A stretch of DNA of 64,000 nt from Candidatus Nomurabacteria bacterium (GCA_023898665.1 CP060233.1:18801-82800); one strand, 5' to 3'; counted from the stretch's first letter, positions 19,755 through 27,261 are shown. Translations and numbers: made by a program. Notes: a model not told the origin generated them from the letters alone.

Positions 19755-20948
19755 ATGAAGAAATTTATTTTTATATTAATCTTAGGTGTAGCTTATATGG
19801 TATACCCACAAAGCAACACATTTGCCAGTAGGCAAATTGTATCCTACCCCACCCCCACTGCTACTAATGGCGTACTGTCTATGGCACGAGGAGATGATGG
19901 AAACATCTGGTTTACAATGCCATCAGAAAATAAATTAGGAAAGTCTACCATCACAGGCAGTATAGAAGAGTTTGATTTATCATCAAGCCCATCAGCAATA
20001 GCTTCCGGCTTAGATGGAAACATCTGGTTTACTCTAGGTGATGCAAAGAAAATCGCTAAAATATCTACACAGGGACAAATAACTGAGTATGACCTAAGTG
20101 GTCAAATAGGGTCAAGATCAACTTATGGTATCACTGCTGGATCAGATGGCAATATATGGGTGACTGCTCCCTCTTTAGATATCGGCTCATCTCCTGGAAT
20201 GATCCTTAAGGTAAATACCTCTGGTACGGCAATTGATACCTATTACACTACAATTAGTCAGCAACCGGGAAGCATAATTTCTGGGCCAGAGGGAAATCTT
20301 TGGTTTACATTATGGCCATCTACGAATGGGGTAACCAACTACCTAGGGAGGATAACGACTGATGGTGCACAGACAAGATACCCGATTCCCTCCTATGGGG
20401 ATGGTACCTCAGTACTTACAATTGGTCCCGACAGTAATATATGGTCGATCAGAATAAATAGTGCAAGCAATCCTTCGCTTTTAAGGACTATCACATCTTT
20501 AAATGGCGTAGAAGGGGACACTGTGGCTTTTGATCTTCCTAGCGATTCGATGGCTTTTTATGGTATCACTGCTGGATCAGATGGCAATATATGGGTGGCA
20601 CTAACAGCACAGGGTAAGCTTGCAAGGTACGACTCTAACGGTATTTTAGTTGAAGAACTAGAAATGCCTAGTGGCTTAACACCTTACTCACTCATTAAAG
20701 GTCCTGATGACAGAATATGGATAGGAACGAGCGAAGGTTTGGCAAAAATAGAAGATACCCAAGGATCTGAGAGTTCAGATCCTTATGATACGCAACATTC
20801 TAACACAAATAATTCTACCCCAGCTGCGCCTAGAACAGGTAAAGTCGTTGGGGTTATTATCGCTATATCCTCCCTATTGGCTATGATAGCCGTAATTGCA
20901 AATGAAGCTAGGAAGTCTCACGGAATTAAAGAATCCTCTACTAAATAA
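19755..20948 (+). CDS. Sortase-anchored beta-propeller repeat protein (streptogramin-lyase/Vgb-like DGNIWFT repeats), APRTG sorting signal
   Basis: 397 aa. Signal peptide; at least 7 repeats of the G(P/S)DGN(I/L)W(F/V)(T/A) type. C-terminus is APRTG + hydrophobic helix + charged tail. Confidence 0.75.
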   Translation: MKKFIFILILGVAYMVYPQSNTFASRQIVSYPTPTATNGVLSMARGDDGNIWFTMPSENKLGKSTITGSIEEFDLSSSPSAIASGLDGNIWFTLGDAKKIAKISTQGQITEYDLSGQIGSRSTYGITAGSDGNIWVTAPSLDIGSSPGMILKVNTSGTAIDTYYTTISQQPGSIISGPEGNLWFTLWPSTNGVTNYLGRITTDGAQTRYPIPSYGDGTSVLTIGPDSNIWSIRINSASNPSLLRTITSLNGVEGDTVAFDLPSDSMAFYGITAGSDGNIWVALTAQGKLARYDSNGILVEELEMPSGLTPYSLIKGPDDRIWIGTSEGLAKIEDTQGSESSDPYDTQHSNTNNSTPAAPRTGKVVGVIIAISSLLAMIAVIANEARKSHGIKESSTK

Positions 20949-20954
20949 GTGATT

Positions 20955-22253
20955 TTAATAACCAACTTCTACAAAAGTTAAGGCGTACCCTGTTTTACCA
21001 GCGCGCCCTGCACGACCAATTCTGTGGGTATAGTCTGCATAGGTTTGCGGAACAGTGTAGTTTACTACATGAGTGATATCTTTTACATCGATACCCCTTG
21101 CAGCGACGTCTGTCGCAACTAAAATATTAATCTCCGACTTCTTAAACTTATTGAGCGCTCTTTGACGCTGAACTTGAGTTTTAGCTCCATGTATCGCATC
21201 GGACTTAAATCCTCTCGAGTGAAGTTCTTTAGCAAGTTCTTCTACGGCTCTTTGAGTGTCATGGAAGATGATAGTTTTCTCGACAGTGTCTTGAATCAAG
21301 AGATCATGCAGTTTATCGATTTTCTCTCCCCTAACCCTATATTCAACGACGTCTTGATGAACATTATCACTCGTATCTCCAGTTTTAACAGATACTGTCA
21401 CCGGGTCTTTAGCAAAAGTTTGGATTAAACTTTGGATACGTGGCTCCATTGTTGCAGAAAAGAAAAATGATTGTCTATCTTCGGCAAGCTCGCCCAAGAT
21501 TGCGGTTACGTCATCGACAAAGCCCATATCGAGCATTCTGTCTACTTCATCTAGGACGATAATATTGAAATTTTTTGCCCTAAAGCTACCACGAGCAATA
21601 TGATCTTTGACTCTACCAGGAGTTCCAATAACTACTTGTGGGTTGCCTCGAAGACTTCTAAGCTGTGGGGACATTGGTGTGCCACCAATTAATATAGCAG
21701 CTGCAAGCCCACTGCCTTTTGCAACTTTTCGGAATTCGTCATCAATTTGCTGGGCAAGCTCACGAGTTGGGGCAATTATCAAAGCTTTTGAGCTTCGGTC
21801 AGTCATTAGTTTATTTAAGACTGGGAGTCCAAATGCGACTGTTTTACCTGTACCTGTATTTGCGATACCAATGACATCTTTACCCTCGAGACCTAGCGGG
21901 ATTGTTTGATCTTGTACTGGAGATGGAATTTCATAGCCATTGTTCTTTAAGTTAATTTTAAGTAAATCAACTACTTTAAAGTCAGCGAAGGTATGAGTAG
22001 GAGTGTAATCTTCTTGCTTAACAGGTGTAGCTTTTCTTACAAATTTAGCTGGATCTATATATTGACCCCTTCCCTGCTTTTTTGGACCTCGAGACCTACC
22101 AGAGCTATAGCCGCCTCGGCGTCTTCCTGACGAATATCCTCCCTCTCTCTTAGAACGACCGTACCCGCTGTACATGCCTCCACCAGGGTTATTTGATGTT
22201 TGGGTTTTTGCAGAGCTTTGGCGTCTGTGACCATAGTTTCCGTATCCGGACAT
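20955..22253 (-). CDS. DEAD-box ATP-dependent RNA helicase with an N-terminal RGG/YG low-complexity region
   Basis: 432 aa. Motif I ANTGTGKTVAF, motif II VLDEVDRM (DEVD variant), SAT (FFSATM), motif VI HRIGRAGRAG. Confidence 0.95.
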   Translation of the reverse strand: MSGYGNYGHRRQSSAKTQTSNNPGGGMYSGYGRSKREGGYSSGRRRGGYSSGRSRGPKKQGRGQYIDPAKFVRKATPVKQEDYTPTHTFADFKVVDLLKINLKNNGYEIPSPVQDQTIPLGLEGKDVIGIANTGTGKTVAFGLPVLNKLMTDRSSKALIIAPTRELAQQIDDEFRKVAKGSGLAAAILIGGTPMSPQLRSLRGNPQVVIGTPGRVKDHIARGSFRAKNFNIIVLDEVDRMLDMGFVDDVTAILGELAEDRQSFFFSATMEPRIQSLIQTFAKDPVTVSVKTGDTSDNVHQDVVEYRVRGEKIDKLHDLLIQDTVEKTIIFHDTQRAVEELAKELHSRGFKSDAIHGAKTQVQRQRALNKFKKSEINILVATDVAARGIDVKDITHVVNYTVPQTYADYTHRIGRAGRAGKTGYALTFVEVGY

Positions 22254-22379
22254 AAAAAAGAATCCTCTTTAAGTTTATTTATATAGAACTAGTCGTCTTA
22301 GAAACGAAACCAGTCTTTAAACTTACCTAGGATTCACTTCTACTTATAACGATATTGTTGATTGTAGCACAACGTAATA

Positions 22380-22721
22380 TCAACTGTCAAACCGGCCTTG
22401 GCACACCCTTACCGTAACATTCCCCCATGGATCAATTCCAACAACTTGACCACCTGCTCCTTCAATTCTAGAAATACCTTTACGTTCACGTGGTGTAGTT
22501 TTACTTAACCTAGCGTCAACTGGCCCTTTACAACTTTCGGGTATGAGCCCGGCTTCCCTAGCATCTTGAAAATATTTGAAAAATGCATTATTTAACGAAA
22601 TGCCTTGAGCCACATGCGTGACTACGGCCCGCTGAACACAAACTCCTATTTCGGGGCACTTTCCCCAACATTCTTCATCAATTGATTCAGTAAAACCTCT
22701 TGCTTCTCCACTTTTTGTCAT
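22380..22721 (-). CDS. Hypothetical Cys-containing protein
   Basis: 113-aa ORF, somewhat more GC-rich than its neighbours. N-terminal CWGKCPEIGVCV motif. No recognisable family. Confidence 0.45.
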   Translation of the reverse strand: MTKSGEARGFTESIDEECWGKCPEIGVCVQRAVVTHVAQGISLNNAFFKYFQDAREAGLIPESCKGPVDARLSKTTPRERKGISRIEGAGGQVVGIDPWGNVTVRVCQGRFDS

Positions 22722-22775
22722 AATTAATGTAATATATTACATTACCTTCAGCTATGCAAGCATAGGCTTAGCAGC

Positions 22776-22803
22776 AAAAAAAGCCCGCCTGTTTTCAGCG
22801 GGT
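22776..22803 (-). terminator. Rho-independent terminator downstream of 22842..23474
   Basis: On the minus strand: stem ACCCGC, loop tgaaaacag, stem GCGGGC, followed by TTTTTTT. The plus strand reads aaaaaaaGCCCGCctgttttcaGCGGGT. Confidence 0.6.
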
Positions 22804-22841
22804 CTTATTTTCAGGGTCTTAATATGGGATGTGAGATAGGA

Positions 22842-23474
22842 CTATTCGTCTCTTTGGTTTGATGACCTTATTAGGGTCACTGCCGCAAGGACTAGTAAAA
22901 CTACAATAGCTATTACTACCCACCGGCGTGATGACATTTTATCATCTGATTTTTCTTCTGTTGTATTACTTGAGCTTTCTTCTTGAGCTTTCTGCTCTTC
23001 TGACTTTTTATCGGCTTCTACTTTTGCAGCAATTTCAGAAACTGTAGCTCGAACTTTGTCTTTAAGCTCTCCGTTTGTAATACTACCGTTGTCAGCATAG
23101 GCCTGCCATCTACTCTTTGCATCATCGCTAAGACCGGCAGCTTGTTCGGAATACTTTTGAACTGAATCTTTAGAGACTAGAACCTCTTGACCTACATATA
23201 TTTGAGGAGATCCAGCATCTTGAGTTACCCAAGTCTCGGCAGCTGTGACTTGTGCTGCGTTAAGTTCAACACTTTCGGTATCAAGATCGTATCTAATGAT
23301 ACTTGCTCTAGCAAGCTCTGTGTAGCTATCTCCTGATTGGGCAGTGTAAACGTAATTACTCTCAGATTCTGCTTGAGTTGCTGCTGATGTTTTTGTTGCC
23401 GTTGTTAAGCTTAGGGCAAGTAGTGATAACCCAAAAGCAAAGGTTAGAATTAAAGTTTTTTTGAATATCTTCAT
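22842..23474 (-). CDS. Secreted, C-terminally membrane-anchored protein, possible LysM-like domain
   Basis: 210 aa. Signal peptide (LSLLALSLTTATKTSA); YVYTAQSGDSYTELARASI resembles the start of a LysM domain; acidic linker; C-terminal TM helix WVVIAIVVLLVLAAVTLI with no xTG motif. Confidence 0.55.
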   Translation of the reverse strand: MKIFKKTLILTFAFGLSLLALSLTTATKTSAATQAESESNYVYTAQSGDSYTELARASIIRYDLDTESVELNAAQVTAAETWVTQDAGSPQIYVGQEVLVSKDSVQKYSEQAAGLSDDAKSRWQAYADNGSITNGELKDKVRATVSEIAAKVEADKKSEEQKAQEESSSNTTEEKSDDKMSSRRWVVIAIVVLLVLAAVTLIRSSNQRDE

Positions 23475-23659
23475 GGGAGTAATTTCCTTATTAATATTAA
23501 TTAAAAAATTAAAAGTAAAGAGACTCCACCATGTCTACTCTTCTCTTACTTGATGTATCTAATCATTTTGCACCCAATTAAACTTAAGTGCAATGGAATT
23601 GATGTTTTCGTGGTAAAAGTCACCTTTTTCGCTTATGCATGAACTACGGCTAACAGCTA

Positions 23660-23668
23660 TGCTAGAAT
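23660..23668 (+). promoter_or_regulatory. Extended -10 box TGcTAGAAT, 10 nt from the tig ATG
   Basis: agctaTGcTAGAATtaagggtcttATG. Confidence 0.45.
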
Positions 23669-23678
23669 TAAGGGTCTT

Positions 23679-24968
23679 ATGAAACTTACAATAAATTACG
23701 ATAAAAACAGTGCAATCAAATTTAAGGTTTTAGCAGAACTAGACGCTAAAGACTTGTCTAAACAAAAAAATAGAGCGATTAAAAAAATGGGAGACGGTGT
23801 TAAGATACCTGGCTTTAGGTCTGGTACTGCGCCTGCCAAACTCATAGAAGAACGACTGGATGAGAATCAAGTTAGGAATGAGGTCGCAAGCGGATGTATC
23901 GATGTTGCTTTTGCGGCCCTAATAAAAGAATTTAATTTAGATATTATTGGTACTCCTAAACTTGAAATTAGAGATCTAGTTGATGGAGAAAAGATGGCAA
24001 TTGAGTTTATAGGGAATATTAAACCAGAGATTACTTTGCCAGATTATGCTAAGTGGCCAAAAGTTAAGATTAACTCTAAGGTGGACCTAAAAGAGATTGA
24101 TCTTACTCTAGAGCAACTTCGAGAGAACATGGCTCAAAGTGAAGATGTAGATAGGGCTGCAAAAAATGGCGACAAAGTTTGGTTAGATTTTGACGGCCGA
24201 GATGAAAACGGAGAAAAGATCCCAGGTGCCCAGAGCAATAATTATCCTCTGATTTTAGGCTCAAGAAGTTTTATACCTGGGTTTGAAGAAGAGGTTGTTG
24301 GATTAAAAGCTGGAGACGAAAAAGAGTTCAAGATCACTTTTCCTAAAGATTATCACGCAAAAAGTTTACAGAATAAGAAAGTAGTTTTTAAGATTAAAAT
24401 TCAAAAAGTAACTGAGCTTAAAAAACCAGAGCTAAATGATGAGTTTGCCAAAAAAATTGGTGGGTTTGATACTTTAGAAGCTCTCAGAAAAGATATTGAA
24501 ATTGGCTTAACAGAACGGGCCGAGCGAGATGCAAAAGAAGATACAAAAGACAAATTAGCTGAAAAGTTAGGCGAAGAGACAAAAATGGAGATCCCAGATG
24601 TTTTAGTAGATGAGAACATTGAGGCAGGCCTTCATAATGCAAAACACCAAGCTGAAAGCTCGGGGAAGAAATGGGAAGATTTTGTAAAAGAGAGCGGATT
24701 TAAAGATGAAGAGGAATTGATTGCTAAAGAAGCTCGACCTCAAGCAGAAAAACAAGTAAAGATAAGCTTAGCGCTAAGAGCTTTAGCAGAAAAAGAGAAA
24801 TTAGAAGTTACAAAAGAAGAACTTAGTGAATATACATCTGTTTTGTTACAGCAATACACAAATCCTCAGGCTCAAACTCAAATTATGAGTGAGAATGAAC
24901 AGGCGAGAATCGAAGGTAGACTTCTTGCAGACAAAGTACTAAACTTTTTGCTAAGTAAAGTAAGTTAA
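23679..24968 (+). CDS. tig: Trigger factor
   Basis: 429 aa. Ribosome-binding signature GFRxGxxP (IPGFRSGTAPAKLI), central FKBP-type segment (FIPGFEEEVVGLKAGDEKEFKITFP), and a helical C-terminal domain. Confidence 0.93.
   Translation: MKLTINYDKNSAIKFKVLAELDAKDLSKQKNRAIKKMGDGVKIPGFRSGTAPAKLIEERLDENQVRNEVASGCIDVAFAALIKEFNLDIIGTPKLEIRDLVDGEKMAIEFIGNIKPEITLPDYAKWPKVKINSKVDLKEIDLTLEQLRENMAQSEDVDRAAKNGDKVWLDFDGRDENGEKIPGAQSNNYPLILGSRSFIPGFEEEVVGLKAGDEKEFKITFPKDYHAKSLQNKKVVFKIKIQKVTELKKPELNDEFAKKIGGFDTLEALRKDIEIGLTERAERDAKEDTKDKLAEKLGEETKMEIPDVLVDENIEAGLHNAKHQAESSGKKWEDFVKESGFKDEEELIAKEARPQAEKQVKISLALRALAEKEKLEVTKEELSEYTSVLLQQYTNPQAQTQIMSENEQARIEGRLLADKVLNFLLSKVS
24931..24957 (+). repeat. 27-bp perfect direct repeat, copy 1 (last codons of tig)
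   Basis: acaaagtactaaactttttgctaagta is identical to 25369..25395. Confidence 0.95.
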
Positions 24969-24981
24969 AGTAAGTAGAGTT

Positions 24982-25281
24982 ATGAATGAGGGACAAGGAG
25001 GCCTTGGAAGCGCAGTTAGTGATAGGTACCTTTACAGCGCGCCGCCAGAAGACCTAGGATTTACTAAATATTTATGTGATAGAGCTAGGGATCTAAAATC
25101 ACCAAAGGTTCTTAATCACTCTCTTGCATTGTGTGGATCTATAGCGACTATTTTTGCAGCAAAAAGCGATAGACTACCTAAACCTATTAAAGTTTTAGCT
25201 ATAGGCGCCAGCGCGGCAGTTGCACTGGCTGGATTTTCAGAAATAGAGAATGCACATCGTGCCGAAGAGGCCCTAAAATAA
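24982..25281 (+). CDS. Small hypothetical membrane protein, member 1 of a tandem paralogue array
   Basis: 99 aa with an Ala/Gly-rich helix-turn-helix module: LALCGSIATIFAAKSDRLPKPIKVLAIGASAAVALAGF, then an acidic tail. Confidence 0.5.
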   Translation: MNEGQGGLGSAVSDRYLYSAPPEDLGFTKYLCDRARDLKSPKVLNHSLALCGSIATIFAAKSDRLPKPIKVLAIGASAAVALAGFSEIENAHRAEEALK

Positions 25282-25368
25282 GCAGCCGTAGAAGATGTTG
25301 GTAGATTCTTAGAGCGCTAGATTGTCTGATTTAATTTTGATAAAAAGCTTATGCTGGATTTACTTACT

Positions 25369-25395
25369 ACAAAGTACTAAACTTTTTGCTAAGTA
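25369..25395 (+). repeat. 27-bp perfect direct repeat, copy 2 (orphan copy of the tig 3' end)
   Basis: Identical to 24931..24957. In the tig frame it reads ..KVLNFLLSIKS*, against ..KVLNFLLSKVS* in tig itself. Confidence 0.95.
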
Positions 25396-25418
25396 TAAAG
25401 TCTTAAATTATTAAAATT

Positions 25419-25700
25419 ATGGAAACAACAATGATGCTTCATAAACAACCTTCTGTAAGTGAAATTATTAGAGAAAAAAGGAGAGAGAACACTTTAAAAG
25501 GGTTCAAAATGTTCGGCATTGGCACATTAGCAGTTGCCGCAAGTAGTGTATTGCCAAAATTTGTCCCCTCTCAAGTAAAAGCATCATGCTATGTTGGTGG
25601 TGCTCTTACTGCACTTGTCGGTGCCGCTGATGTTATTGGTGAAGCCAAACTTCTACTTGAAGAAAAAGATTGGCTTAATGCGCCTAGAGAAGTTTTTTAA
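25419..25700 (+). CDS. Small hypothetical membrane protein, member 2 of the array
   Basis: 93 aa with module MFGIGTLAVAASSVLPKFVPSQVKASCYVGGALTALVGAADVIGEAK. Confidence 0.5.
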   Translation: METTMMLHKQPSVSEIIREKRRENTLKGFKMFGIGTLAVAASSVLPKFVPSQVKASCYVGGALTALVGAADVIGEAKLLLEEKDWLNAPREVF

Positions 25701-25703
25701 TAC

Positions 25704-25712
25704 TGTTAAAAT
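25704..25712 (+). promoter_or_regulatory. Extended -10 box TGtTAAAAT, 9 nt from the ATG of 25722..25937
   Basis: tacTGtTAAAATaaagcttttATG. Confidence 0.4.
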
Positions 25713-25721
25713 AAAGCTTTT

Positions 25722-25937
25722 ATGGATATTCTCAAATCACTGCTAGCCAATGGTGAAGATGGATGCTCGGTAAGGTTAAATGATGCTATTTGTGCTCATG
25801 GGCTTGCACTTGCTGCCCTAGGGCTTGCTGCAAGTATTAATAAAATTCCTAATCCAGTAAGGATAGCTTCGGGAATGATAGCAATCCCAATAGCAGCAAA
25901 CCTGGCCTATATAGTGAGAGGTGGTTTAAAAGATTAA
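25722..25937 (+). CDS. Small hypothetical membrane protein, member 3 of the array
   Basis: 71 aa with module AICAHGLALAALGLAASINKIPNPVRIASGMIAIPIAANLAYIV. Confidence 0.5.
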   Translation: MDILKSLLANGEDGCSVRLNDAICAHGLALAALGLAASINKIPNPVRIASGMIAIPIAANLAYIVRGGLKD

Positions 25938-25938
25938 G

Positions 25939-26517
25939 ATGACTTACATCCCTAGAAGGCTAAGACCACTTATTATAACACCCAGAGGGAAGTTAGATGA
26001 GGATATTACTTTAGCTGAACTTGATAGGGAGATGGATAATCACTTGGATGAGAACGCTAGTATACTATTGCCCGTAACTGGCCTATTGAGAAGGTGTAGT
26101 AAAGTTCTACCAAGAGAAGTAAGGCCAAAATCAATGCTTGAGATCGGATTAGGATTTCTAGCTTTATCCAATGTGACAAGTATAAAAACTCGATCAAGGA
26201 TTTTAGTGGGACTTATTGGGACTGGGGCGATTGCGCTTGCTTGGGATGCTAAATGCTTAGAAGAAACAGAACTTGAAGAAGGGGTGGTCATTAAAGAAGG
26301 GGTGCCTAGAGATGAAGCCCCGTTAACATCGAAAGACTGGAGGAATATGTCGACTATGCTGGGCTTAGCTAGTATATATGGTGACGCCATTGGCTTAAGT
26401 CCAACAAAACGAGCTCTAGCATTTGGAGGTTCTATAGGAGCGAGCTTTATGGCAGGCTTAGTAGCTCCCCAAGAAGTCGATGTGGTGGCGCTTGAAGCAG
26501 CGCGTACTATATATTAG
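25939..26517 (+). CDS. Hypothetical membrane protein, member 4 of the array (two copies of the module)
   Basis: 192 aa with modules LEIGLGFLALSNVTSIKTRSRILVGLIGTGAIALAW and MLGLASIYGDAIGLSPTKRALAFGGSIGASFMAGLV. It starts 1 nt after the previous stop. Confidence 0.55.
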   Translation: MTYIPRRLRPLIITPRGKLDEDITLAELDREMDNHLDENASILLPVTGLLRRCSKVLPREVRPKSMLEIGLGFLALSNVTSIKTRSRILVGLIGTGAIALAWDAKCLEETELEEGVVIKEGVPRDEAPLTSKDWRNMSTMLGLASIYGDAIGLSPTKRALAFGGSIGASFMAGLVAPQEVDVVALEAARTIY

Positions 26518-26530
26518 TAATCTTGAATTA

Positions 26531-26557
26531 CTAGCAATCTCTTTAATAGAGTGCTAA
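26531..26557. promoter_or_regulatory. CIRCE-like inverted repeat (putative HrcA operator) upstream of clpP, degenerate left arm
   Basis: CTAGCAATC-tctttaata-GAGTGCTAA versus consensus TTAGCACTC-N9-GAGTGCTAA. The right arm is perfect and the left arm has 2 mismatches. It overlaps a TGcTAAAAT -10 box (26552..26560). Confidence 0.45.
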
Positions 26558-26594
26558 AATAACAGATTAGTTATTTGAGTTTTTTTGTTTATTT

Positions 26595-27176
26595 ATGTCT
26601 TATTTGATTCCTACTGTGATTGAGCCGACACATCAAGGCGAGAGAGCGTTTGATATTTATTCTCGACTTTTGAGAGATAGGATAATTTTTGTGCCTGAAA
26701 TTAATCAAGATACTGCTAATCTAATTGTTGCCCAGCTTCTTTTTTTGCAGTCAGAAGATAGTAAAAAGCCAATACAGATGTATATAAATTCTCCTGGTGG
26801 ATCAATCACAGCAGGTTTAGCAATTATTGACACAATGCATCATATTAAGCCAGAGGTTCACACAATTTGTATTGGCGTTGCCGCTAGTATGGGGGCAGTT
26901 ATTTTATCTCAAGGAGCAAAAGGTAAAAGGTTTGCTCTACCTCATAGTGAAGTAATGATCCACCAGGCTTCTGGAGGTGTAGAAGGGCAAGCCAGCAATA
27001 TAGTTATTACTGCAGAGTTTATTATCAAGTTACAGAACAAGCTATATAAATTACTTGCAGAAAGCACTAGTAGAACTACTGAGCAGATAGAAAAAGATGC
27101 TGATCGTGATTACTGGATGAGTGCTGATGTGGCTTTAAAATATGGGGTTATTGATGAGATCATAGATAAAGCTTAA
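26595..27176 (+). CDS. clpP: ATP-dependent Clp protease proteolytic subunit
   Basis: 193 aa. [17 protein letters not shown], active-site context [11 protein letters not shown] (Ser) and MIHQASGG (His). Confidence 0.97.
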   Translation: MSYLIPTVIEPTHQGERAFDIYSRLLRDRIIFVPEINQDTANLIVAQLLFLQSEDSKKPIQMYINSPGGSITAGLAIIDTMHHIKPEVHTICIGVAASMGAVILSQGAKGKRFALPHSEVMIHQASGGVEGQASNIVITAEFIIKLQNKLYKLLAESTSRTTEQIEKDADRDYWMSADVALKYGVIDEIIDKA

Positions 27177-27261
27177 TTAGACTGAACTACGATTATTATT
27201 TTTGTTATAATTTAGGCTTAATAGTCTACCAAGATAAGTTAGGCTTGAATTTAAAATAAAA

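Noticed and set aside
26040-26390. 116-aa minus-strand ORF inside the fourth small paralogue gene
   Set aside because: It is antisense to an ORF that shares a repeated module with its three plus-strand neighbours, and it has no start signals.
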